A stretch of DNA of 64,000 nt from an uncultured Nitrososphaerota archaeon (GTDB lineage Archaea > Thermoproteota > Methanomethylicia > Methanomethylicales > Methanomethylicaceae), in assembly GCA_964634735.1 (NCBI GenBank), contig CAZWMA010000002.1, positions 5,652 through 69,651 of the forward strand, in the 5' to 3' direction. Of the stretch, positions 20,152-30,202 are shown in pieces. Position numbers and translations under genes: made by a program. Below the pieces are notes generated by a model. The model did not search any database. It was not told the origin of the DNA and saw only the letters and a list, made by a program, of their open reading frames with translations. The number at the start of each line of letters is the position of its first letter. The first letter of the stretch is position 1.

Positions 20152-21529
20152 GAATGGCAATGTTCTGCGGGCGCTTGGCGATGTTGCCTATCCTCGCGCC
20201 TATCAGGAATGCCACTCCCTTGTTGTTCGAGATGTCGAGCAGCCGCTGAGTTATCACGCCGTCGAAGACGACAGCATGGAACTTCTCGTCAGAAGACTGC
20301 AGCGCCTCCGCGAGCTCGCGGACGGCTACCTTCTTCTTCTGTTCCCAAGCATCGTCTGTCAGAATCGCTTCAAGGCTGCCCTGTAGCGACTCGATTGTCG
20401 CCTTTACCTTGGCGATGTCGACGCCCGGTATGGCGACTGGCTCAGGCGCTTGCTCTTTCGGCGCTTCCTGTATGCGGTCGACCTCGCGCTCGTGGTCGAT
20501 CTCGCGCTCGCGTGCTGCCTCGCGCTCCTCGGACTTTGCTCTGTCCTCGCTTACCGGTGGAGCCTGCGATTCTGGAGCCTGCTGCTCCTGAATTGGCTCT
20601 GGTTGGCGCTCCTGTTGGTACCTTGAGGGCCTATCACTGTCGCGCTCGCGCCTGTCCTGCCGGCCTTCCTGAGAGGATTCGCCCCTCTTCTCGCCGATCA
20701 TGAGCTGGTACTGCTCGGTTGGGACCTTGGACCGCAGGCACTTTGCAAGTTCCTTGCCCGTGAGGTCCTCGACCTCCTTGCCGTGCGGCGCCCTTGCGAT
20801 GTAATCGATATCGGCCACCTGGAGCAGTTCCCTGAGGATCAGTTCGCCGCCTCTGTCGCCGTCCACGAAGGCTATGAGGTTCTTCTTCTTACTCAAGTCC
20901 TTTATCGTGTCCGGGACGGATGCGCCGTCCATGCCGACTATGTTCTTGTAGCCGTGCCTGAGCATGTTGACAACGTCAGCCCTGCCCTCGGTAATTATGA
21001 CCAAGTCGGACTTATCGACGTCTGGGCCGCATGGCAGGTTGTCCGGACCATACTTCCCTATCTCGTGAACGCGGACCGACTTCATAATCTCCTCGGAGAG
21101 CTCCTTTATCTCGAATGCTCCCTCAGTCTCCCAGTGGACCAAGATATCCCTCGCCCGGTCGACTATCTTACGGCGCTTCTCTTCCCTGACGTCCTCAATC
21201 TTCTTGATCTCGACCCTGGCAGAGCATGGGCCGACCTTGTCGATCGTCTCCACTGCTGCAGCCACTATGGCAGTCTCAACCCTGTCGAGGCTCGACGGGA
21301 GAACAATTGTGCCGAATGATTTTCCAGACTTGGACTCCATATCCACTTGGATTCGTCCAATCCTGCCGCTCTTCTGGAGCTCCCTTAGGTCGAGCTCCTC
21401 TCCGAGCAAGCCCTCGGTTTGTCCGAAGATTGCCCCAATGACGTCTGGCTTATCTACAACACCGTCTATGTCTATTCCGGCATAGATAGTGTACTTTGCT
21501 GTTGTTGGCGTGCCGCCCATATGAACCAC
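20123..21529 (-). CDS. dnaG: archaeal DnaG primase (Toprim) with a ~90-aa charged low-complexity insertion
   Basis: N-terminal archaeal DnaG domain (KYTIYAGIDIDGVV...), Toprim DGDRGG motif, and a central E/R/D/Q/P-rich stretch. Confidence 0.85.
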   Translation of the reverse strand: MVHMGGTPTTAKYTIYAGIDIDGVVDKPDVIGAIFGQTEGLLGEELDLRELQKSGRIGRIQVDMESKSGKSFGTIVLPSSLDRVETAIVAAAVETIDKVGPCSARVEIKKIEDVREEKRRKIVDRARDILVHWETEGAFEIKELSEEIMKSVRVHEIGKYGPDNLPCGPDVDKSDLVIITEGRADVVNMLRHGYKNIVGMDGASVPDTIKDLSKKKNLIAFVDGDRGGELILRELLQVADIDYIARAPHGKEVEDLTGKELAKCLRSKVPTEQYQLMIGEKRGESSQEGRQDRRERDSDRPSRYQQERQPEPIQEQQAPESQAPPVSEDRAKSEEREAAREREIDHEREVDRIQEAPKEQAPEPVAIPGVDIAKVKATIESLQGSLEAILTDDAWEQKKKVAVRELAEALQSSDEKFHAVVFDGVITQRLLDISNNKGVAFLIGARIGNIAKRPQNIAILTFENMSSR

Positions 21530-21694
21530 CCGAAAAAGAGTTGGTTAGGCCTCCACATGGCCCGCGGCACAGAGAATTTTTTCTCCGATATAAGTTGATA
21601 ACAATTTAATCATGACTCCTAATCAATACGTCTAGATTCATATTATGAATTACAGTTCCTATTTGATAGAATCGAAAAAAACTTAAAAACTTTG

Positions 21695-22774
21695 CTATCC
21701 GCACCTAGCGGCGGGCCCGATTTTCTCCATCGCTTCGGCAGCTGCGGGGACCCTCTGGAAGTAATCCCGCACAGGCGCCAGCATAGATGCCACGCCGGCG
21801 CCAACAGATACTTTGAGGTCCATCGGATGGAGCTTCCCGCTGCGGTACGCCTCAATCAGCTCATCGGAGGTCCCGAATGAGACGTCTCCGCCATACTTCG
21901 CCGGCCTGGTCACCGTCAGCGGCTTGTCCCTCATGATTATCTGCTTCGCAATGTCGATTATGGGATTCCCCTCGACCTCCTTCGGCGGGCAGTACGCGTT
22001 CTTGAGCTTCGCCTGGATCTGCTCCGGGGAGTCGTGTATGAATATGCATGTCTCGGGCTTCGATTTGCTCATCTTGCAGTCGATCATTGCTGCCTCGGCG
22101 TCCCCCTTTGCATCCATCCTCCCTGCGCCTTGTAAGCCTGACAGCAGTGGCGTGTGGACGGCGACCGGTTTCTTCAGCTTATAGTGGTCAGCGACCTCCC
22201 TGGCCAGGACATGCGCCCTGCGCTGGTCCATGCCGCCCAGGCAGAAGTCGAGGTCGAGGTAGAAGATGTCTTCGACCTGCATGCACGGATAAATGAGCTT
22301 CGAGAAGTCAACGAGCGTGTCGTCCTCCTTCCGGCCCATGATAGTCACAGCCCTCTTGACCCTTGAAAGCGATAGGCTCTTGCCTACCTTGATTATGCCC
22401 TCCCAGTAATCCTTGCTGCCGACCATCGTATCCGCCCTGACGAGGTCCACGCGGTCCAAGTCAACCCCGAGCGCCCGGAGGCAGTGCTCTATGTAGGTCG
22501 CGCATGACTGTATCTTTGACATGTCGCCCCCGAACTTGTCGTTAATCCAAGCGTGCCAAGTAGCCTCAAGGAGCGTCATCTTGATGCCAGCGTCCATCAT
22601 GTCCTTAAACTTATTCACCCAGATTACCCATCCGAGGTGGAACATGCCTGACGGCTCGAATCCCAAGTATCCCCTGGGCGAGGAGCGGGTCTGGAAGATA
22701 ACCTCAGCGTCCTCCTTGGTAATTACCTCTAGCGCGTTCCTTGTAATCAGGTCAACTTTCTTTGATACGTCCAT
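21695..22774 (-). CDS. tyrS: tyrosyl-tRNA synthetase
   Basis: Class I KMSKS motif and an archaeal TyrRS-like N-terminus. Confidence 0.85.
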   Translation of the reverse strand: MDVSKKVDLITRNALEVITKEDAEVIFQTRSSPRGYLGFEPSGMFHLGWVIWVNKFKDMMDAGIKMTLLEATWHAWINDKFGGDMSKIQSCATYIEHCLRALGVDLDRVDLVRADTMVGSKDYWEGIIKVGKSLSLSRVKRAVTIMGRKEDDTLVDFSKLIYPCMQVEDIFYLDLDFCLGGMDQRRAHVLAREVADHYKLKKPVAVHTPLLSGLQGAGRMDAKGDAEAAMIDCKMSKSKPETCIFIHDSPEQIQAKLKNAYCPPKEVEGNPIIDIAKQIIMRDKPLTVTRPAKYGGDVSFGTSDELIEAYRSGKLHPMDLKVSVGAGVASMLAPVRDYFQRVPAAAEAMEKIGPAARCG

Positions 22775-23188
22775 GGTGTGAGCCTTCCAAACAGCGGGAT
22801 TTGCTAACAGAATTAGGCTACGCTGAACTGCGTTTTACATTTTTTGGTTTAAGATTGAATGGAAGCAGACTGCCGTGTTGCCCGATGCTAACACCCAGCT
22901 TCACTGAGGGACGTTTCATCCCACTTGGTAGGGCTCTCTACACCGGGTGATGTCCGGCAGCCTGCAATAAGACCTGATCGGAGGTAACCTTTTTGGCTTT
23001 CGCGGGATGCGGTGTCGCGTTTCAGACGCCACTCCTTAGAAGAGGAATAGCGGGGCTGTTGCAGGTGTGGGTTAGGTCTCGTTCATCGCTGAGCTCTCGC
23101 CCTTGCTCGCTTGACTCCTGTGACCTGCTGTGTCGCCCCGCAGTGCTCCGCTCCCGACTTCATCGCACAATAGAGCATTTGCCTATCC

Positions 23189-24850
23189 TTAAGATAAACT
23201 TTCCAAGTCGAGGAGCGACGACATGTCGAGCTCCAGCAGTAGGACGGGGCAGCTCATCCCGAAGTTGACAAGGACCTGAGGGGAGGCCTCGCCGACGATG
23301 CCGATATCCTCGCCATCAACGTAAACCCTTGCCGCGCGACCTTCGATGAATGTTGGGGACGAGAAGGTCGAGAACTTTGCCTCCTTCGAGAGCCCCTTGA
23401 ACAAAGCGGCGACCACGGCCTGCATCTCCTCGAAGCTCAGCTTGTCGTCGCTTATTGCGGCGCCAAGGTGCGGGATGTTTGCTGGCCTGTCCTCGCGTTC
23501 CTTTACAACGAACCCATACTCGAATATCTTCTGCGGATAATCGATGTGGGTGTTAAGCCCAAGGAACTGGAGGAGCTTCGGAATGAGCGTGTCCCGGAGC
23601 ACAGTATACTCAAGCGAGATGGGTTTTATGATCTCGATGAGGCATCTCTTTGGCATCAGCGGCTTCTCTTCCATGACATCCCTGCTCGCGAGGTGGTAAG
23701 AGGATATCTCCTGGAAGCCCATTCCGACCATCAAATCCCGGACTCGACGCCTCAGCCTGCTGCCAGGGAGAGGCTTGCCGATCGTCATTATCCGGGGGAA
23801 CTCGGGCTCCATCCTGTTGAGGCCATATGCGATGACGACGTCTTCCACCAGGTCCACTTCGTGCAGCACATCGATGCGGTACGGCGGTACGCGGACTTCC
23901 AGTGCCCCATTCTTTCCCTCGGAGGAGGCGTAGCCCATCCTGTTGAGGAGAGACACAATCGCCCCCCTCGGAAGGTTTAGGCCTGCGTACTTCGTTACAT
24001 CCGCCTGTGTAAGCGGCTGCGTCCGGATGTCGAGGCGCGGAGTCGTAACCTTGTGTGCCCGGTATCCTATCTCCACCTGTTGGAGCTTGCCGCCCCGTTC
24101 GAGGATTGAGGTGGCCATTATCGCCAGGCAGATCCCCACAGCTTTCTCGTCAAGCCCTGTGACATCTATCAGGATGTTGTGGGTCCGCTCGGTGACCTTT
24201 GTCGCGTCGCTGTTGATGATTGGGGGCATGGAGAGGACATTGCCGTTCCGGTCCGTGAGAAGCGGGTAGTCATCCTTGCCTGACAGTATGTTAGCATAGT
24301 CCTTGCCCTTCGGCGTGCCGTTGAGGATTGCGTTGCCGTCCATCGGTTCGGAGCATTCGAGCGGAATGAAGGAGATTTTTGAAGGGGGGATGGCGCGGTA
24401 TATGAACTCTTGGGCAACCGTGTCCATGTCGTAGATGCCGATTGATGCCTTCTTTCGGCTTGATCCGTAAGTGTTGTGAAGCTTCTCCTGCAGCTGCATG
24501 AACTGGCGCGTCGCTTCCGATGAAAGGGTGATTCCGCGCACGGCAGCAGCCGCTATTATTGGTCTGACTCCTTCCGTGGAAGGGTCAGCCTTTAGCTTGA
24601 GGGCAGGACCCTCGAATCGGCTGATCTCGAAGGAGGTCTGCGTTCCGAGGTAGAACTTTATTGCCCGGGCTATGCCTTCGGTGCAGAAGAGATCAGGCCT
24701 GTCGGATGTGACTTCGACGGAGATTTCATCGCCTTCAATCGCTTCGGTCCCGCACTTTATTGACGAAAGTAGTTCCTTGAGCTGCTCCGGCTCGGCACTG
24801 ATCCCAGCCAGCGTTGCCAAGTCCTTTGCGCTAACAGTAATCGTTGGCAT
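23189..24850 (-). CDS. pheT: phenylalanyl-tRNA synthetase beta subunit
   Basis: Archaeal PheT-like sequence, adjacent to and co-oriented with pheS. Confidence 0.85.
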   Translation of the reverse strand: MPTITVSAKDLATLAGISAEPEQLKELLSSIKCGTEAIEGDEISVEVTSDRPDLFCTEGIARAIKFYLGTQTSFEISRFEGPALKLKADPSTEGVRPIIAAAAVRGITLSSEATRQFMQLQEKLHNTYGSSRKKASIGIYDMDTVAQEFIYRAIPPSKISFIPLECSEPMDGNAILNGTPKGKDYANILSGKDDYPLLTDRNGNVLSMPPIINSDATKVTERTHNILIDVTGLDEKAVGICLAIMATSILERGGKLQQVEIGYRAHKVTTPRLDIRTQPLTQADVTKYAGLNLPRGAIVSLLNRMGYASSEGKNGALEVRVPPYRIDVLHEVDLVEDVVIAYGLNRMEPEFPRIMTIGKPLPGSRLRRRVRDLMVGMGFQEISSYHLASRDVMEEKPLMPKRCLIEIIKPISLEYTVLRDTLIPKLLQFLGLNTHIDYPQKIFEYGFVVKEREDRPANIPHLGAAISDDKLSFEEMQAVVAALFKGLSKEAKFSTFSSPTFIEGRAARVYVDGEDIGIVGEASPQVLVNFGMSCPVLLLELDMSSLLDLESLS

Positions 24851-24853
24851 GGT

Positions 24854-26323
24854 TTACCACCATCTCCACTGCCTCAGTGTTTCGAGGCTTGATGTGTGCA
24901 GGTCTCGGATGTCGTTGACCCCGAGCCTTATCATCGCTAGGCGGTCTATCCCTATGCCCCATGCTATGACGGGGAACTTGATCCCGAGAGGGGCGAGAAC
25001 CTCCGGACGGAAGAGCCCTGAGCCTAGGCACTCGATCCATCCCAGCTTTGGGTGCTTGACGTATGCCTCTATGCTTGGCTCTGTAAACGGGAAGTAGCTA
25101 GGCTTGAACTTGATGTCGTCGAATCCTAGCTGGTGCCCGAACTCCTTCAGCATGCCCAAGAGGTGCCTAACGTTTATCCCCTCGTTGCCGACTATGCCGT
25201 CGAGCTGGCTGAACTCTATCATGTGCCTTGCATCGATGACATCAGGTCGGAAGACCTTTGAGAGGGAGAACGCCTTCACTGGCGGTTCCATGTGGGATGC
25301 CAGATACCTGACCGACGTGGCGGTCATCTGCGTCCTAAGCAGCGGTTGCCTCGCAATGTTGATGTCCCACGAATATCCCCAGCCCCTCGACCCGGTGCCG
25401 CCCCCGTTTTCATGGGCTTCTTTTACACGCCATATCAGCTCTTCAGTGGCATCTATGGACGGGGATGTGCCTCGTACCTGGAAGCTGTCGTGGACTGCCC
25501 TTGCAGGGTGGTTCTGCGCTTGGAAGAGGGCATCGAAGTTCCAGAACTCGGTCTCGACGAATGGTCCGCCGGTCTCCTCAAAGCCCATCGCAATCAAAAT
25601 CTCCTTTGTCTCCTCGAGGAATTCGATGTAAGGGTGCCGCTTGCCTATATTCAGCGATGGCGGGGAAGCGGTGACGTCGTACGGGCGCAGCTTGACTCCT
25701 TTCCACTTGCCGCTCTTGATAATCTCCGATGAGAGGAGGTTGAGAGAGACCTCTTCCGCGTGCTTCCCCGGGACGATTGTAAGCATGAGCCTCTTGATGT
25801 CCTTCTTCTCAAGGAGCCCTCTTGCCCTCAGCTGGGCTGCGAGTGCTTGGTCTTCCTTGCTGAGCTTGGAGAGGTCCCCTCCGTTCTTCATGCGCTTGAT
25901 TCCGGCATCGAGGTCATTCTTGGTTGCCGCCTTCAGAACGAGCATGGGAGTGCCGCTTCTCTTCTCGATAAGGAACGAACCAGTCCTCCTCCCCCACCCT
26001 AGGGCGGCGGAGACCTCGTTCGGCTTTAGAGCGGCGTTGACCTCAGCCATCGGTGCAGAGCCGCCCTTCGACTCGAGCATCCTGATTATGCGGGTCTCAG
26101 GCATTCCATCCTCTGCGCAGCGCATCCCCTCCTCAGTAAGGCGGAAGCGCTCAGTGATGTCTTCTGCAATAGTGATGTATCCCTTGGTCGAGAGTAGGCT
26201 CGACAACGGGAAGATGGAGCTCTCTGGAAGCCCGAGCTTGCTTGCGAGCGAAGCCGCGTCCGCCTTGCCGCCGGACTTCTCGAGGCAATCCAATAATGAT
26301 GCTTCAGATTGGCTCAGGGACAT
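24854..26323 (-). CDS. pheS: phenylalanyl-tRNA synthetase alpha subunit
   Basis: Class II aaRS motifs in the C-terminal catalytic domain; sits 3 nt upstream of pheT. Confidence 0.85.
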   Translation of the reverse strand: MSLSQSEASLLDCLEKSGGKADAASLASKLGLPESSIFPLSSLLSTKGYITIAEDITERFRLTEEGMRCAEDGMPETRIIRMLESKGGSAPMAEVNAALKPNEVSAALGWGRRTGSFLIEKRSGTPMLVLKAATKNDLDAGIKRMKNGGDLSKLSKEDQALAAQLRARGLLEKKDIKRLMLTIVPGKHAEEVSLNLLSSEIIKSGKWKGVKLRPYDVTASPPSLNIGKRHPYIEFLEETKEILIAMGFEETGGPFVETEFWNFDALFQAQNHPARAVHDSFQVRGTSPSIDATEELIWRVKEAHENGGGTGSRGWGYSWDINIARQPLLRTQMTATSVRYLASHMEPPVKAFSLSKVFRPDVIDARHMIEFSQLDGIVGNEGINVRHLLGMLKEFGHQLGFDDIKFKPSYFPFTEPSIEAYVKHPKLGWIECLGSGLFRPEVLAPLGIKFPVIAWGIGIDRLAMIRLGVNDIRDLHTSSLETLRQWRWW

Positions 26324-26372
26324 TTATGTCGCCCTCTATTTACGAGTTGATGAACAGGCACAGCAACTATCT

Positions 26373-26849
26373 TTAACTGCTGTGCCTAAGGAGTTTACCG
26401 TTCTCGTCTATTTCTTTATTTCTGATTCGCGTCGATGAGATGGGCTTTCCATCCTCGGCAAGAACGAATTTAACGACCTTGATCGTCATAGGTGGCATCC
26501 CGTTCTGCTTGCGCACCTCGTTTGCCGCATGACCGCTCTTGGCTGTCCCCTCGCTGACGATGAGGATGTCGAAGGCAGGGTCTGTCGTGACCGGACCATA
26601 CTGGTCCTCAAGGACGTAGAAGGCTGTGCGCTCAAGCACTCCCTTGGATTTAAGAAAAGAGACGATGCTCTCCATCCTCTTTTGGAGGGGCTGGATGCCG
26701 GTCTTTCCGGACTTCGCGGCGAAGGCGTCGGAGGTTATTCCAACTAGGATCTTGTCGCCCGACCGGAAGGCTGTGCTTAGGAGGCGCTTGTGCCCTCTGT
26801 GGAGGTGGTCGAACGTCCCCCCGAGGGCTGCGAGCGAGAGGCGCGTCAT
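26373..26849 (-). CDS. archaeal phosphopantetheine adenylyltransferase (cytidylyltransferase-like)
   Basis: GGTFDHLHRGH nucleotidyltransferase (HxGH) motif; about 158 aa. Confidence 0.75.
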   Translation of the reverse strand: MTRLSLAALGGTFDHLHRGHKRLLSTAFRSGDKILVGITSDAFAAKSGKTGIQPLQKRMESIVSFLKSKGVLERTAFYVLEDQYGPVTTDPAFDILIVSEGTAKSGHAANEVRKQNGMPPMTIKVVKFVLAEDGKPISSTRIRNKEIDENGKLLRHSS

Positions 26850-26896
26850 CTTGATTCATAGCCTTGTTCAGCTGTTCGTCAGTTCATGCCGCATCA

Positions 26897-27328
26897 TTAT
26901 TCTTTCTTCTTGGAGACAACGTATATCGCTTTTATGAACGAGGCTCCGGAGCATTTCTTGCAGGCTCCGAGTTCCTTGAACATGAAGTCCCCAGTCTGGA
27001 ATGCCCGCTCTTCGCGAATGTCGCACCCCTTGCATCCGATTACGGTTATGGCATTCTCCTTTTCCTCATCTAGTTCCTTTGATGATGGCTTGCCTGCGAA
27101 GAAGTAAATTCCCCAAGATGCAACGAGAAGCGCCACTCCTGCGATCAGCAGATACATGGCATACTCTGCCATGGAGTCAAAGAACGATGCGAGCATGAAG
27201 AGTATGAAAGCGCCGATAGTGAGGGCTATCGAGATCATGGCATATTTTGGCTGCTTCGTCTTCTTCGCTTCGCTAGGCTGTTTTGAGTTTGATTCCTGAT
27301 TATGAATTTGTGCTTGCATTTCAGACAC
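26897..27328 (-). CDS. membrane protein with a C-terminal zinc ribbon, hypothetical
   Basis: Two TM helices plus CKGC...CKKC. Confidence 0.4.
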   Translation of the reverse strand: MSEMQAQIHNQESNSKQPSEAKKTKQPKYAMISIALTIGAFILFMLASFFDSMAEYAMYLLIAGVALLVASWGIYFFAGKPSSKELDEEKENAITVIGCKGCDIREERAFQTGDFMFKELGACKKCSGASFIKAIYVVSKKKE

Positions 27329-27329
27329 C

Positions 27330-28451
27330 TCACTGACCTACCGCCATAGTGTTGCCTATCCCGGCAATTATGACGGTGTCGCCCTCCTTAGTTCTCTCGA
27401 GTATTGACTGCTTGACGCGCTCTACGACAACATCGGAAGCCTCAACGACCTCCTTCTTCATCGTTGTAAGCGCATCCTCAAGGCTCATCTTGCAGATTAT
27501 CGCATCGAGGGGTATCTTGCGCTTTGTGCATGCCTCCTCAATCTTGAACTTCTCGGGGCCAGGGTCGCCAATTGCGGCTCCAACGCCGTCCACGACTTCC
27601 CCAGTGTTCTCGCCTTCGAGTTTCAAGCCTGCGTCTATCATGATGACACGGTTGACTTTGCCGTCAAGCTGCTCTATGAGCTGCTTCACTGCCTCGCCTG
27701 GCTTGCCGACGACTCCTCCCGGACCCTCAGCTTTCAGGACGTATGCCTTGCGGTTTGAGATATCGACCTGGGAGTAGACAATCTCCTCGGCAATGGTGAC
27801 CTTCGGTGCGCCTACCATGAGCTTGGCGGCTACGAGCGGGCCCAGACCATCCCCTATCGGCTTTGATGCCGCGAAGGTCTTCTGAGCTACGTAGTAGGCT
27901 TCAGCCATCTTCATGATCTGCGGTAGCTGCATATCAAGCTGTACGAATACCATGAGGCTCTTGGTCTTCTTTCCTAGCAGCAAGTAGTGCCTTACGACCT
28001 TGAAAATGTAGTTGACGGCAGACGCGGCTTCAAGCACGTCCTCTAGGTTAGCTCTCTCGTGCTTGTCAGCCTTCGGCGCAATCTGCGACACGAAGAGCAA
28101 GGACCTTTCCCTCCTTACATCGAGGATGTGCTCCAGCCTGCCCAATACCCCGAACGGGTCCTTGTCCACAGGCTCAATTGTGAAGAATTCCAGGTAGTTG
28201 TTTACGCTTGACCTTATGTCGGCGTTCTCCCCCATGTATGGCTTTGTGACCTTGAAGATATCCTCCCGGCTCTTGTCAGACATCGTCTGCAGCCGTGCAA
28301 CAGCCTTCGTTACATTCCGCTGGTAAGTCATGATCTGCATCCTTTGGTTGAAGAAGAGGATGAAGATGAAGAAGACGATCATCCATACGACATTGAATAT
28401 CATGGAAGTCGTATCGTCGCCAAAACCAAACAGCTGACCTATTGGAATCAC
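27330..28451 (-). CDS. DUF1512-family archaeal protein
   Basis: N-terminal TM plus a conserved archaeal DUF1512-like sequence. Confidence 0.5.
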   Translation of the reverse strand: MIPIGQLFGFGDDTTSMIFNVVWMIVFFIFILFFNQRMQIMTYQRNVTKAVARLQTMSDKSREDIFKVTKPYMGENADIRSSVNNYLEFFTIEPVDKDPFGVLGRLEHILDVRRERSLLFVSQIAPKADKHERANLEDVLEAASAVNYIFKVVRHYLLLGKKTKSLMVFVQLDMQLPQIMKMAEAYYVAQKTFAASKPIGDGLGPLVAAKLMVGAPKVTIAEEIVYSQVDISNRKAYVLKAEGPGGVVGKPGEAVKQLIEQLDGKVNRVIMIDAGLKLEGENTGEVVDGVGAAIGDPGPEKFKIEEACTKRKIPLDAIICKMSLEDALTTMKKEVVEASDVVVERVKQSILERTKEGDTVIIAGIGNTMAVGQ

Positions 28452-28532
28452 TTAATTGCACCACATGAAAACAGTATAACTGCTTAGAGAATCATCACTT
28501 GGATATATTTATTTTGTATATAAGAAAAGGAA

Positions 28533-28660
28533 GTGGCCGCCAGCTTCCGCGGGTTCCCGGACCCTCTCGGCGTCCAGTACCGCCACAGACGTATGGTGGT
28601 TTAACTACCGTGTTCGGAATGGGAACGGGTGGTTCCCACCAACTATGGCCGGCGCACCGC
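28533..28660 (-). rRNA. 5S rRNA, unlinked from the 16S-23S operon
   Basis: Reverse complement reads ...CCATAG...CCCATTCCGAACACGGTAGTTAAAC...GTACTGG...GAGAGGG...GGGAAC, about 125 nt. A T-rich tract follows the 3' end and a TTTAAAAA box lies ~25 nt upstream. Confidence 0.8.
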
Positions 28661-28680
28661 AACTATAAGAAAAAGCGGGG

Positions 28681-28688
28681 TTTTTAAA
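28681..28688 (-). promoter_or_regulatory. putative TATA box for the 5S rRNA gene
   Basis: TTTAAAAA on the minus strand about 21-28 nt upstream of the inferred 5S 5' end. Confidence 0.4.
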
Positions 28689-28701
28689 TCTTGTGCTTTG
28701 C

Positions 28702-28935
28702 TCAGTTCTCCATAACTATCATAGTCATGGTAGAGCGCACCTTGTCGAGCTGGCGGATCTTCTTAGTCACCATCTCCCGGAGGCGCTCTAGGGTATCAGA
28801 CTCTAGCATCACTATGATGTCGTATACCCCGTAGACCATGTAGGCGGTCCTGACCTCTGGGATCTTCTTAATGTTCTCAAGGACTTCTCTGTCAGTCCCA
28901 GCTTCAACATTCACGAGGACAAACGCAAGAGGCAT
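28702..28935 (-). CDS. Lrp/AsnC ligand-binding (RAM) domain-only protein
   Basis: 77 aa with the fold pattern of an AsnC C-terminal domain (VYGVYDIVVMLESD). Confidence 0.5.
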   Translation of the reverse strand: MPLAFVLVNVEAGTDREVLENIKKIPEVRTAYMVYGVYDIIVMLESDTLERLREMVTKKIRQLDKVRSTMTMIVMEN

Positions 28936-29039
28936 AACTAATCACCATGAATAATATGGAGTGCTCCGCTTATAATCTCTTTGTCAACGCTATTATGGTT
29001 AATCCGGAGGCATTCCAGAGCCTAACTCGTTCAGCCTCG

Positions 29040-30104
29040 CTACTTGCCCTCGTCTGAGTCCCCCTTGCTAGAGTAATCGGGCTGGATAAGGTCTTCTGGC
29101 CACTTATCCGGAGCGTTCTTCCATATGAGTGGCGCGTTCGGCGCGAAGTTGACCTCGAACCTGAAGACATCGAAGCGGTTGTAGTATCCGACTACATCGT
29201 GTGCCTGCTTCTGTTCGATACTCTGCGCAATGTCGATATCGGCAACGACCATACCCTCCTTGCCGATTACAGGCTCGGCGATCATCTCGCCAGTCGGTCC
29301 GAGTATGAGGGTTATCGGCGGCGGGGCGCGCTCGAGGTAGTTCTTAATGTCAGGGTTGCCCTTCGAGACTTGGTCAATTGCATCGCCATCCAGTATGCAG
29401 GAGGAGACAATGTTGAAGACCTTGCCTTCGAAGGAGTGCGCTGCTGATCTTATCTTTATGGATTCAGTCAGGTTGTAGTTGCCCGCAAGCCCGAGGCGCT
29501 TGAAAGGCCATGCCGGCGGGTAAGTGGCGATGTGGACCTGCTCGCCCTGCGCAAGCATAGCGAAGCGTGCAAGCGGGTTGGTGTTCTCGCCGCAGTTGAG
29601 CGCCCCTATCCGACCAAGTTCGGTCTGGACCACCCTGAGGGTAGATCCATCCCCCCTCGCCCATGTCAGCTTCTCTGCCCAAGTCGGGACAAGCTTCTGA
29701 TGTTTGTTCAGTAAGCGCCCCTTCCGGTCGAAGAGGAGGTTGGTGTTCCACATGGCGCCCATGCTGATAGGGCCCTTCTCATTGATTCCGACGGAGAGGA
29801 ATACTCCGTACTTCCGCGCAATCTCCCCGATCATCTTGAGGTGCGGTCCGGGTATCTCGACCGAATTCTCGAAGAGCCTCCTGAAGAATTCGTGCTGGTC
29901 GATTGGGGCGTAGACCATGTTCCATATCGGGAAGGCCGAGATGAACGCCTCCCCCAGCACGACGATATCGGCGCCCTTGTCCTTTGCCTTGCCAACGAGG
30001 TCGTCGAGCTTCTTTATTGTAGCTTCACGGTTTAGAAAGACAGGGGCAGCTTGGACAGCTACCGCCCTAAACTTTGGATAAACATCGCCAGATTCGGCTG
30101 GCAT
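29040..30104 (-). CDS. nitrilase / carbon-nitrogen hydrolase family protein
   Basis: Catalytic triad context (E...K...C: LGEAF, NKHQK, ALNCGENT). Confidence 0.8.
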   Translation of the reverse strand: MPAESGDVYPKFRAVAVQAAPVFLNREATIKKLDDLVGKAKDKGADIVVLGEAFISAFPIWNMVYAPIDQHEFFRRLFENSVEIPGPHLKMIGEIARKYGVFLSVGINEKGPISMGAMWNTNLLFDRKGRLLNKHQKLVPTWAEKLTWARGDGSTLRVVQTELGRIGALNCGENTNPLARFAMLAQGEQVHIATYPPAWPFKRLGLAGNYNLTESIKIRSAAHSFEGKVFNIVSSCILDGDAIDQVSKGNPDIKNYLERAPPPITLILGPTGEMIAEPVIGKEGMVVADIDIAQSIEQKQAHDVVGYYNRFDVFRFEVNFAPNAPLIWKNAPDKWPEDLIQPDYSSKGDSDEGK

Positions 30105-30202
30105 GAAAACATCGCCATAACTGAATTGATTGTTGGTGCTAATAACACTAATCGGAACGGTGTGGGAAAGAAGTCAATAAATGCAGCGCTTGAGAGTATA
30201 AC

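Noticed and set aside
22930-22968. Box C/D sRNA call (TGATGT ... CTGA)
   Set aside because: There is only one box pair, a non-consensus C box, and no C'/D' elements. It is too weak to call and is kept only as a remark inside the intergenic-gap finding.
25641-26438. 265-aa ORF on the plus strand
   Set aside because: It is antisense to pheS. Ser/Leu/Arg-rich shadow ORF.
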